Assembly (NCBI GenBank): GCA_019828565.1
Contig: JAHDYR010000015.1
Location: 237,926 to 301,925, forward strand
DNA from: Carpediemonas membranifera BICM
Lineage: Eukaryota; Protista; Fornicata
DNA length: 64,000 nt
Direction: 5' to 3'
In this document: positions 54,502 through 64,000 of the stretch, piece by piece
Layout: each line of letters begins with the position of its first letter
Position numbering within the stretch: the first letter of the stretch is position 1
Notes under the pieces: generated by a model
Databases searched by the model: none
The model's input: the letters and a program-made list of their open reading frames with translations, nothing else
What the model was told of the DNA's origin: nothing
Made by a program: the position numbers and the translations under genes

Positions 54502-54808
54502 GAGTCGTGTGGTTGTTGTATCGTCGTGTCGCTTCGTATGTAAACATATAAACATGTAAATTGAACGGTCATCGGCCCTGTGTGGTTGTCATGAGGGTTC
54601 ACCCGAATAGCTGATTGAATGCATCGGTGATCCCGACCCATTGTGGCTAGCGGGAGGCGAGAATCGGTGACAGACTCGGTATTTGACGACCAGTGATCTC
54701 GAATAGGTCCTATTGCCTCGGGAAATCTCGTGTTAAATATGATAAACCGGGAGATCCGCGAGATTGCGCATAAAGTGCACCACGAACGTTTCCAGTGCAG
54801 ACAATCCA

Positions 54809-55654
54809 ATGACCCTTGGACTGCCTTGGTCTATTAACTTCAGGGCTCTATCCGATCCTTATCTATACATGACGCTGCTTGTTACAGGAGTATCGATTAT
54901 CAGCTATTTCGTCATCCTTCGTTTCAAATTGCTCAAAAAGGCAGTCAACTTCCTTCGCATATCAAACAGACAGCGCTCCAAGATCATTGCCGAACTCAAG
55001 CGGAAAAAGTTCCACCTCGCCGGCTCGATTATGCCCATCCTGTACTACTTTTCCCTCTCACTGAACGTCGTCCCCCGCATCCTCTTCAACGCCATCATTG
55101 GGTCGATCGCAGCCTTCGTGGTGAGTCTCGAGCTTACCCGTATGCGGAGTCCTAAGGTCAATGTCTGGTTTGTCCGCACTTTTGGGAGGATCATGCGTCC
55201 TGAGGAGAAGGACAAGGTCACGGGGACAGCATACTATCTCTCAGGGTGTGCCGCCACATTGATCCTCTTTTCACCGCCCATTGCGTCTATCGGCATCTTC
55301 TTCCTCGTCTTTGGTGACCTCTTTGCCGCCCTGGTGGGCATGTCTTTCGGCAAGCACAAGATCTACAAGTCCAAGTCACTGGAGGGATTCATGGGCTGTG
55401 TGGTGGCCTGCTTCATCATCGGCACCCTCTGCCTGGTCCTGTTCAAGGTTGACCCCCTCTCGGCGGCCATCATTGCACTCCTCGGCGCAGTCGTCGCTGC
55501 CTTCACGGAGCTGTGGTGCAACGGCAGTCTTTTCCTCATCAACGACAACTTCATGATCCCGGTGAGCTCTGCGGCCATCATGGGCGGGGCATGCTTCGTG
55601 CTCGGTGTCAACCCGAGCTTTGGCGATGGCCGTGTCGGGGCTGATTCGATTTGA
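54809..55654 (+). CDS. CTP-dependent diacylglycerol/dolichol kinase family membrane protein (DGK1-like)
   Basis: ELKRKKFH, MRPEEK..GTAYY, GDLFAALVG..G..KSLEG, NDNFMIP. Confidence 0.88.
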   Translation: MTLGLPWSINFRALSDPYLYMTLLVTGVSIISYFVILRFKLLKKAVNFLRISNRQRSKIIAELKRKKFHLAGSIMPILYYFSLSLNVVPRILFNAIIGSIAAFVVSLELTRMRSPKVNVWFVRTFGRIMRPEEKDKVTGTAYYLSGCAATLILFSPPIASIGIFFLVFGDLFAALVGMSFGKHKIYKSKSLEGFMGCVVACFIIGTLCLVLFKVDPLSAAIIALLGAVVAAFTELWCNGSLFLINDNFMIPVSSAAIMGGACFVLGVNPSFGDGRVGADSI

Positions 55655-55878
55655 GAGATTTGTAAATTTTATGAGATAAAGGAGTGTCGTGCGGGTTTAG
55701 CATCGAGTACAAGGTCTCATGTCAGACGAAACTAAAACGACTGGACACGTGTTGGGGCAAGTCACTGGAGAATGGGCGGGGCCAACAAAGCTGCGCCAGG
55801 CCCTTTCCACTCATATCAGCGGCATATGGCGTTCATTCGCGGGTAGGGTGTCGGGCCGTTGAGTCACCAAGTCGGACG

Positions 55879-56590
55879 ATGGCAAAGCTAACACCAGAGC
55901 TTCTGCTGAATGCTCCCCAATGCCTGAATCCTATTGGACACAGAATGCTCTATCTACGAGGTATGCGCCCCTTCGTTTTCCTCTCTTACACAGAGCTCCA
56001 GGTAACAATTATCGAGAATCTTGCTGTAATCGAAGTACGTTGCTGCTACACACCTCTCACACAGTCCATGTTTGACGGTATTGACCTGTCATTCAACCTC
56101 ATCACGCATCTTGGCGAGTTCCCGCTCATTCCTTCCCTTCGAGTCCTCCTCGTCGCCGACAACAGCGTAGAGACCATCTCCTCCTTCCTGTCGGCCAGCA
56201 ACCTGCCCCTATTGGAGTCTATTAGTACGTAGCACCTCCATACACCCTTATACAGACCTATACCACAACAACATATCGTCACTGGCAGAGCTCGGTAAGC
56301 TGGCCTCCCTGCCCAAGCTCAAGGAGCTTTATGTCGGTAGAAACCCGGTGTGCAACATAGAGAACTTCAGAGTGAAGCTCCTCACCCTCCTCCCGCAGCT
56401 CACTGTCATCAATGGAAGCATGGTCACGGCCAAGGAACGCGAGCAGGCCTCAATCCTTGGAAAGGCGGAGAATGAGGTGGCCAAGCCCCTCCCTGCCCCG
56501 GTGAAGAGGAAGATGGCACCGGTAGTAACGGAGAAGAAGCCGGCAAGGGCGGAGATGCTGAACATGGCGCTGGCGGACGACTTTTTCTGA
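55879..56590 (+). CDS. SNRPA1: U2 snRNP A' (LRR); introns 55961-55993, 56035-56064, 56225-56255
   Basis: MAKLTPELLLNAPQCLNP..IENLA..FDGIDLSFN..NPV..FR; three 30-33 nt introns restore the frame. Confidence 0.92.
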
Positions 56591-56843
56591 GTCCCATGAC
56601 GATTCACACCGGGTGATCAGACTTTGAATTGATACATGCTAGCTGTGACGGTATGGTCGGACTGGGAGAACCAGTCCCGGTAAACAACACTTTGAAGACT
56701 CACCTTGCTGTAGTAAAGTGATCACTTTAGCTCCACGGACTGACACTCTAACCACCTATGCCAAAAGGTACCCACCAACCCACACTCTACTACACTTGCT
56801 CTGTTGGCAGGATAAGGAATGGTCCTTTTCATTTGCCGTTGGA

Positions 56844-57257
56844 ATGGACGATGAATCCAGCATTATCTCACCGCCAATAGCAGGCCCATTGAATCAGATA
56901 CAGACTCAGCTGCACCTTAACATGAAGATCTTTGGCGACGCTATTGGGAATCTTCAGCAGAGGTCCAAGAAGGTCGATTTCGGCGCAGAGGTTGATGCAG
57001 ACCAGAAGAAGCTCATCCAAGTGTACATTGACGACATGAAGAAGTCGTTTACCCAGATCTACGACCTCATCGATGAACTGCCCGATGTTGAGCCCCACAT
57101 CATACCCGACATTGAGAGGAACAACGCTGAGATGAAGAACCTCGTCGACACCGTGTGGAAAGATGACGGGAATGGCCGCCGTAGACTCGTGCTCGACGAT
57201 AAGATCGCGGCGGCTGAGCGACTCAAGGACTTGCTGCTCGAGAGTCTCGTTGGATAG
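56844..57257 (+). CDS. MED21: Mediator subunit Med21/Srb7-like
   Basis: LNQIQTQL..FGDAIGNLQQ..IYDLIDELP. Confidence 0.7.
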   Translation: MDDESSIISPPIAGPLNQIQTQLHLNMKIFGDAIGNLQQRSKKVDFGAEVDADQKKLIQVYIDDMKKSFTQIYDLIDELPDVEPHIIPDIERNNAEMKNLVDTVWKDDGNGRRRLVLDDKIAAAERLKDLLLESLVG

Positions 57258-57506
57258 CGGACGGCGCTTGCTGTGGTGATTTGTACGGTATATCGTATGC
57301 CAAGTGTCCGTTTCATTGTCTAAATTCCTCATTTGCTGACTCACACCTTCTCGAGTCCAAGCCCCAGAGCCTTGCACCCAAAATGAGGTATTTGAAAGCT
57401 GCCTGGCTACCGCTGACCATCATTGATCCCCTGGGCTTGAATTGAACTCGAGATCACAGGGTGAGATTCGACGGTTGCATCTCCGCAAAGGGAGCGAAAA
57501 CGCTTT

Positions 57507-60500
57507 ATGAAGATCGAGGGTGTTTTCGTGTCTCCTGTAAGGATATCCTTGCAGCCAATACCAACACGAATACAGATCTTCAACTACACCGACAACGGCG
57601 CGTCCACGCCTGCACAAATTCCAACATCGTCTCCACCGGCCGCTCCTCAAACGATGAGCCATATGGGCGACGTTGGTTCGGCTCTAGGGTTCGGGAAACA
57701 GAATTCCCTCTTCGCTGAGCTTCTGAGCGACGTGGAAGGCCAGGAGTCCAGCGAGTTATCATTGGCCCAGCGCCTCGCACTCGCACTCGCCAAAATGCCC
57801 GGCGGGAAGGACGCGATCGCTTCAGTAGCCTCTGGAAACACGCAACCACTTCCCAAGGTCGGCTTTACGGACCTTTCTCCGCGCCTCCAGGCCTTTTGCC
57901 TTGCCACCGCCGGCCACGGACTGGCTTCCGCACAGTCTACAGACGCATGGATGCTGAGCCAGTCGTTAGAGACCATCTGGTCTGAATACGGCGCCTTTAC
58001 CCGCTACATCTGCCTTGGGACCGAGTACGGCGTCTTTATGGGCCGTCTCCTCTCCATCGCTAACACGAGACGGGGCGGGTCCCGGAACTCACGGTCGGTC
58101 ACCCCCAGCGGGGCTCCAGAGCGCAGGGTCATCCTCCACAGGCTCCCTGAGGTGGTCAGCATTCACACGTCAGGCCCCGACGCCCTCTTCGCCCTCACTC
58201 TAGGCGGGCTCTATGCCTGGGGCGAGTCCACCGATGGTCACCTTGGCGTGGGTGTGGGTGACGGCAACATTTATCACCCCACTCGCGTGCCGTTCACTAA
58301 TATCCCGGCCTTGCAGTCCTACGAGGATGCCATGGTTGAGGAGCGTAGGCCTATGGAGCTCACGTTCGAGCCCCACCATCGCCAGACTTTTATTCACACT
58401 CCCTTTGGTCTTATCGCCGCCGGTGACAACAACTTTGCACATCTCGGTGTGGGCGAGCCGGATCTTGAGATTGTCTACTTCGCCCTCGTCCGGCTTCCCC
58501 TCGGCATCAATGCGGACCAGCTGACCCACACGACGCACTCCCTGTACACCCTTGTCGACGGTGCCCTCTATGTGTGTGGCAACGACACGAGCGGCCGGTT
58601 TGGGGCGGGTGTGCGTCGGCTTACCGAGCTGACTATGCTGGACCTGCCGTTCAAGGTGGTGAGCTTCCTCCTCGACGAGTACTCCGCCACTTACTACGGC
58701 GACGACCGCAGGGTCTACATATGCGGCAAGCCGTCCGTGTTCAGGGCCCATCTGCCCAATAAGCGGGAGGAGTACCACACACCCACGCCGCTCCCTTTTC
58801 CCTGGCCCGCCGCCAAGTTTGTCACTTCAGTGGGGTCAAATTTCGTCAAACGGGCTGACACGCGAGAATGGTATGCTTGCGGTCACAATATTCATGCGAA
58901 GCTTGGAACTGGCCGGTCAGAGCTTTGGATTGCTGATTGGGCTCCCGTGACGCTATCAGCGGTCAAATCTATCCATATCACAGACTCTGCCACGTATTTC
59001 GCCTCCCCGACGGGCATGCTCATCGCGGGCAAGGCCAACGGCATCGAGTACACCAACGCCTCCCACACGTCTCTCGTGCCCATCCCGGCGCCCCCGGACC
59101 TGCCACCCTATGACGCATGGGCCCTCGCAGACATGGAGGAGGGCGACGAGGACGTGGCTGAGACCCGCAGCAAGGCGCCAGTGTTTGTGTCACTCGACTG
59201 GGACACGGTCTACGCCTGCCTCATCGCGTCTGGGGCGTCCCCCGCCTACAGGACGGCCGTGTGGTTCCTCAGCAAGGACGTCCACGAGGCGTACGGCATG
59301 GCAACCAACGAGACGAACGACATCGGCCACTGGCTCGTCGCTGGACCCCGCGTGTTCCTGCTGAACCTCGCGGCCGGGCTCACCGTCGGCGGGTCTAACG
59401 CTTACCGCCGCGTGCCGCTCCCACCGGTCACAATGTTCAGTGCGTGTGACAAAGGAGCGCTGGCTGTCACCACATGCGGTCTGTATGTGGTTGGAAGGAA
59501 CACTTACGGCAATCTCGGGATCGAAGAGGAGTTCGCCGCCAAGCCAACGCGCGTGTTGTTTTCCGGCGCGCCGGAAGTCGCAGAGGCGGAGAAGGCTTGC
59601 CACAGAGGACAGATTCACGCGATCATCACCGGCATCCACACTAACAGACACCAGACGTTCATAGCAACCACCGCAGGTGTCGTGGCCGCCGGATTGAACC
59701 AGAATGGGTCTCTGGCGGTCGACTCCGACGAGTGGATGGTCAAGTCATTCTTGCCGGTCCCCTTACCGGACGATATCGCGTGGGCAGACCTCCGTTTCGG
59801 ACCAGACCTGACTTACGGCATTCAAGGCAACACCATCTTCGTCGCTGGCTGCAACATTCATGGGAGGCTGGGCCTAGGCCACTCTGATCCAGTGAAAACT
59901 CTGACACCCATCCCGCGTGCCGGTCGGACCGCATCCTGGCACTACTACTGTGCTCTCTTCCTCCGTTTCGGCGCGGTCTTCATGTCTGGCTGGTCACCCA
60001 TTCTCTCCCCCTACCTCCCCGGGGGCCGGCCGACCCACAGTCTGCCCGCCCCGCTCAGCTTCCCATGGCCTGTCTCCCGGTTCTCCTCCGCGACAAAGAT
60101 GTTCTTCGCCCAGCGGGCAGACACTGACGAGTGGTACGCCCTCGGTAACAACGCCCGCGGTCAGCTTGGGGTTGGGGCGACAGACGCCATTGTCAAGCGG
60201 TGGCGACCCATACCGGTCATGGTCATATCCAAGATCCACATCTCTGACGACCACCTGTCCGTGTGGTTCAGGACCCACGCCGGTGTCTTCGCCGCTGGTG
60301 AAAATACTGATGGCAGACTCGGAGTCGAGTCGAAGTCTCAAGTCGTTTTGAGTCCGGAAGTGGTTATGGATAAGAGCAAAGTGCCCAAGAAGGCCATGTA
60401 CGCATGGAAGCTGGAGCCCAAGGAGGCGCCTCCTAAGACCTTCGAGGGCCTCAGCGCTGGCGTCACCTGGGCAATCATGGTCCAAGCTGGCATCAGTCCG

Positions 60501-61745
60501 GAAGTCACCAAATCCGACTCCCCGACTCGCAGTTTATGGTTCCTCTCCCACCGTTTGAACGAGGTTCTCGAGCAGTCACTGCGCTACACGTCCGCGCACA
60601 CTGTCGGCGGCGAGTACGGCGAGACTGAGCTGCGAGACTTTGCGGGCCGACTCTTTACTCGGGGTGAAAACTCTAACGGACGCGCGGGAACTCGCCTGAC
60701 TGAAGCGCTGGTGACTGAGTACACCAGGGTCAGGCTGCCGCGCGTTGTATCGCTTCATTTCCCCGAGGGCGACCAGGCTGAGAAATCAGGCTCCGTCTTT
60801 GCGGTCACACACAAGGGTCTATTTGCATGGGGGTCAAACCTCTTCGGCCAGCTCGGCCTTGGAAGTCCAGCAGAGATCATTGCAACCCCCACCAGGGTCA
60901 GGTTCGAGTCTGAGATCCAGGCCGCAGAGGATTCTCTCGGCGCGCATGATAAGCACGACTTCATCGACTCTGTCCGTCTCGGGTACTCGTACACGATGGT
61001 CGAAACTGCCCAGGGCGTCGTGGCCTCGGGGGACAACGCCTCCGGCATCCTCAGCGTGGATTCAGACGAGATTCGGGTGATTTCTTTCAAAAAAATGTAT
61101 CTCCCACCCGATATCCGATTCTCGAAGTACCAGCACGGTATCAGCGTCCTTTACGCCCTCAAGGCCCGCGCCCTCTTCGTCTCCGGCATGAACAGTCACG
61201 GTCGGTTTGGCAGTGGGGACTGCGAGAACTTCAGGCGAGTTAGACAGCTTTCCCTCGGCATCCCCGTCGATGACGTCACCTGGGGTTTCAAGATGGCGCT
61301 CTACCTGTCTGACGGCCGCATCTTTATCGTCGGCCACGCCCCCTACCTGGCCGCGTACCTCCCCTCACCCGGGGCAGAGGGCCCTACCTGGCCCCAGCCC
61401 GCCCCCCTCTCCTTCCCCTGGCCTGCAGACAAGTTTATGTCCAACGGCTCGGCCCACTTTGCCCGAGAGGCTGACACAGGCCAGTGGTACGCGCTCGGAT
61501 TCAACTTTGGCGGGCTGCTCGGTGTGGGGTCGACCGATACATACGTGTCAGAGTGGACCCCGGTTCGAGTCAAGGAGTATGTCACTGGTATTGCAGCGAA
61601 CAAGGTCTCGGCGTGGTTTATGACCGAGGGCGAGGTCTATCAGGCAGGCTCTCTCAGTGAGACGACGACCAACGTGCCCGTGGAGACAGAGGATGCGGCG
61701 CCGGCTCCCCTCAAGGCGTGGGAGTTAGCTCAGGAGTCTGTGTAA
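57507..61745 (+). CDS. Large RCC1/BLIP-II-like protein with three tandem modules
   Basis: Each module has LYAWG..GxLG, PLxFPWP and WYAxGxNxxGxLG. The start may be 57654. Confidence 0.88.
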   Translation: MKIEGVFVSPVRISLQPIPTRIQIFNYTDNGASTPAQIPTSSPPAAPQTMSHMGDVGSALGFGKQNSLFAELLSDVEGQESSELSLAQRLALALAKMPGGKDAIASVASGNTQPLPKVGFTDLSPRLQAFCLATAGHGLASAQSTDAWMLSQSLETIWSEYGAFTRYICLGTEYGVFMGRLLSIANTRRGGSRNSRSVTPSGAPERRVILHRLPEVVSIHTSGPDALFALTLGGLYAWGESTDGHLGVGVGDGNIYHPTRVPFTNIPALQSYEDAMVEERRPMELTFEPHHRQTFIHTPFGLIAAGDNNFAHLGVGEPDLEIVYFALVRLPLGINADQLTHTTHSLYTLVDGALYVCGNDTSGRFGAGVRRLTELTMLDLPFKVVSFLLDEYSATYYGDDRRVYICGKPSVFRAHLPNKREEYHTPTPLPFPWPAAKFVTSVGSNFVKRADTREWYACGHNIHAKLGTGRSELWIADWAPVTLSAVKSIHITDSATYFASPTGMLIAGKANGIEYTNASHTSLVPIPAPPDLPPYDAWALADMEEGDEDVAETRSKAPVFVSLDWDTVYACLIASGASPAYRTAVWFLSKDVHEAYGMATNETNDIGHWLVAGPRVFLLNLAAGLTVGGSNAYRRVPLPPVTMFSACDKGALAVTTCGLYVVGRNTYGNLGIEEEFAAKPTRVLFSGAPEVAEAEKACHRGQIHAIITGIHTNRHQTFIATTAGVVAAGLNQNGSLAVDSDEWMVKSFLPVPLPDDIAWADLRFGPDLTYGIQGNTIFVAGCNIHGRLGLGHSDPVKTLTPIPRAGRTASWHYYCALFLRFGAVFMSGWSPILSPYLPGGRPTHSLPAPLSFPWPVSRFSSATKMFFAQRADTDEWYALGNNARGQLGVGATDAIVKRWRPIPVMVISKIHISDDHLSVWFRTHAGVFAAGENTDGRLGVESKSQVVLSPEVVMDKSKVPKKAMYAWKLEPKEAPPKTFEGLSAGVTWAIMVQAGISPEVTKSDSPTRSLWFLSHRLNEVLEQSLRYTSAHTVGGEYGETELRDFAGRLFTRGENSNGRAGTRLTEALVTEYTRVRLPRVVSLHFPEGDQAEKSGSVFAVTHKGLFAWGSNLFGQLGLGSPAEIIATPTRVRFESEIQAAEDSLGAHDKHDFIDSVRLGYSYTMVETAQGVVASGDNASGILSVDSDEIRVISFKKMYLPPDIRFSKYQHGISVLYALKARALFVSGMNSHGRFGSGDCENFRRVRQLSLGIPVDDVTWGFKMALYLSDGRIFIVGHAPYLAAYLPSPGAEGPTWPQPAPLSFPWPADKFMSNGSAHFAREADTGQWYALGFNFGGLLGVGSTDTYVSEWTPVRVKEYVTGIAANKVSAWFMTEGEVYQAGSLSETTTNVPVETEDAAPAPLKAWELAQESV

Positions 61746-61913
61746 ATAGATTAGTGGAACGCGATGATGGGGCAACGGCGAGCCTCCTCACCCTCCAGTG
61801 GTCTGGGACAAGGGCAGGCCAACCGTGCAACGTCGTTTGAGCCAACGAGGCATCATCATCATTCATTTCCTCGAGGACCACTGCTGCTAGAATCTTTACT
61901 ACAGTCGAGCGCA

Positions 61914-62465
61914 TCAGAAACCCCTCACACAGACCATCTCAACCAGCAAGAACAACGCCACGAAACAGATGACAGCCAGGGTCACCGACGTCGTCCAACC
62001 ATCGTCTAGGTGATACGGCACCGCGTACTGCAGGTCACCCACCACGAGTTCGTCGGACCCGTCGCAGGTGGGGGGCGGGATAGTGTAGTTGTGGATGCCA
62101 GAGCCAGGGACCTCCGCACACCAGTAGCGGACGTGCAGAGGGAGCGCTGTGGTTGCCCGCTGGGTGGGAGATATGTGAAGGGCAACTGTCATGGGCTCGG
62201 CGGCGCATTCCGGCAGCTCGATGTTGATGTCCGATGGGTCGCATGTTACAGCTACTGTTGCACCTGTTGCATTCATATCGGGAAGCCTTGGGTCGTGGGG
62301 GTCGAGGAAGACGCCAGTTGGCAACGAGAAGTTGAGTTCGACTGGTTTGGCGAGGTCATATAGTTCAATTCTAAGGCTACGGTGAAATGAACTCCCCTCT
62401 AGAGAAATGGCAACTTTTGAGCTCACAGCAAGAGCTACAAGGGCCAATATGAGGATCGTTTTCAT
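61914..62465 (-). CDS. PIGX: PIG-X/PBN1-like GPI mannosyltransferase I subunit
   Basis: Signal peptide, LPTGVFLDPHD, INIELPE, LPLHVRY, C-terminal TM. Confidence 0.75.
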   Translation of the reverse strand: MKTILILALVALAVSSKVAISLEGSSFHRSLRIELYDLAKPVELNFSLPTGVFLDPHDPRLPDMNATGATVAVTCDPSDINIELPECAAEPMTVALHISPTQRATTALPLHVRYWCAEVPGSGIHNYTIPPPTCDGSDELVVGDLQYAVPYHLDDGWTTSVTLAVICFVALFLLVEMVCVRGF

Positions 62466-62516
62466 TCGCAGGATAAGCACCAACATCTGCCAAGCAGGGG
62501 ACCAAAAACTCGTTTG

Positions 62517-63932
62517 ATGAACAGGTACAAGGTTCTCCGCATGCTAGGAGATGGAACATATGGTTCTGTCATACAGGCAGTGCATAAGCAAACCGGCCAA
62601 ATTGTTTGTCCGCCCATTTGAACGATTCTCTCTCTTATACAGGTTGCCATCAAGAAGATGAAGAAAAAGTACTACATGTGGGAAGAATGCGTTAATTTAA
62701 GGGAAGTGAAGAGCCTAATGAAGCTCCAGCACGTGAATATTGTCCGTCTCCTCGAGGTCATCCGTCAAGACGACTCGCTATACTTCGTCATGGAGTACGC
62801 GGACGGCGGGAACATGTTCCAGGTCACTCAGAAACGGGACAAGTTCCTCCCCGAACATAAGATCCGAAACATGATTTTCCAGATCCTCCAGGGTCTTCAT
62901 TTCATGCACGCCAACGGGTATTTCCACAGAGACATCAAGCCGGAGAACATCCTCATCAGCAACGACGTCCTCAAGATCGCCGACTTCGGTCTGGCCCGTG
63001 AGATCAGGTCCCGCCCGCCCTTCACTGAGTACGTCTCGACCCGATGGTACAGGGCCCCCGAGGTGCTGCTGCGGAGCCCCAAGTACTCCTCCCCCATCGA
63101 CATCTGGGCTGTGGGGACGATCATGGCTGAGCTGTACACCTTCAGACCACTGTTCCCGGGGAACTCGGAGGTAGACGAGATACACAAGATCGTGCAGGTT
63201 CTCGGGACCCCCACCGGATGGGATGACTGCTTCAGACTGTCCGCCAAGATGAACTTCAGGTTCCCGCAGGCCCAGCCCGCCGACCTGGAGAAAATGCTGG
63301 GGGCGGCCTCGCCCGAGGGCCTCGACCTGATCGAGAAGATGCTGGCGTACAACCCGACACTCCGACCCACCGCCATGCAGGCCCTGCAGCACCCCTTCTT
63401 CAGCATGCATGTGTCGCCGCTGAAGCAACCAAACCCAGTGCCGAGGCCCGTGCCCCAGCGCCCACCCGCCCACGGAGTCTCCTCTAAGTTTACTGAGGCG
63501 ATCCACTACACAACCCCGGGCCGCCACCAGCCCAGCGCCTCGGCAGCGAACACGGCGACTGGGGGTTCGACGAAGGGCATCGTTGCGGGCACCAAGCTTT
63601 CGTCCAACACACTCCAGGCGATCCAGCAGGCCAGAGCTACACTCGCCGCTGCCTCTGCCCGCAATAGCATGGTCGACCGGATGCGGGGGCTCGGAAGCCG
63701 GGTCACCCCCATCAAGGGTCTCGTGCCGGACTCCGAGGTCGAGAGCGTGGCCGGAACACGGCCCAAGCGGGCAGTTCACGAGAACGGGCACGGGCAGGAC
63801 GGGAACCCCGGGAATCAGGCCGCCAAGCCCGCTAGAGCGCCTGTGATTCACTCAAGGTCGAGCTCTCGGCTGGGGAGCCGGGGGGTGGTCGGGGATGGCA
63901 TCAGCGGGCGGGTGCTGCCCCCAATAGGCTAA
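62517..63932 (+). CDS. MAK: MAK/ICK-family CMGC kinase, intron 62604-62642
   Basis: [57 protein letters not shown]. Confidence 0.95.
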
Positions 63933-64000
63933 GTGTATTGTATTGTCACTATGATATCTCACGGTAAAGTCTTTTGTTGCAGGTGTACTGTGGTCATCCT

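Noticed and set aside
1-64000. tRNA or rRNA genes, and a non-standard genetic code
   Set aside because: None recognised; TAA, TAG and TGA all terminate conserved genes.

Overview
Gene-dense eukaryotic (protist) nuclear DNA in the standard genetic code. It has tiny 30-39 nt GT..AG introns ending in ACACAG or ATACAG; a free-living metamonad such as a Carpediemonas-like organism is my inference only. About half the window is mobile DNA. (1) 1-9.1 kb: an island of fragmented chromatin-type genes (ADD/PHD finger, SET, OTU, GCN5-like GNAT) beside a RAG1/Transib/Chapaev-like DDE transposase bracketed by 36-bp inverted repeats. (2) Five Ty3/Gypsy chromoviruses with 74-124 bp LTRs; the three intact 5' ends all carry a 12-bp AGT-N6-ACT palindrome in place of a tRNA primer site. 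One set is nested three deep (Gypsy > Gypsy > LINE), and one element carries a spliced antisense chromodomain-like gene. (3) An internally deleted Fanzor1 with a structured 3' RNA, plus an ORF-less sister copy. (4) An apparently unannotated family: a covarying ~57-nt hairpin in three copies, two of them at the end of degenerate tyrosine-recombinase-like ORFs. Host genes include an M3 peptidase, DHHC palmitoyltransferase, KCS elongase, TTBK/CK1, calcineurin A, a DGK1-like kinase, U2A', Med21, RCC1-like proteins, PIG-X and a MAK/ICK kinase. Many single-base frameshifts fall in homopolymers and may be long-read errors. All family calls are from motif recognition by eye; no searches were run.
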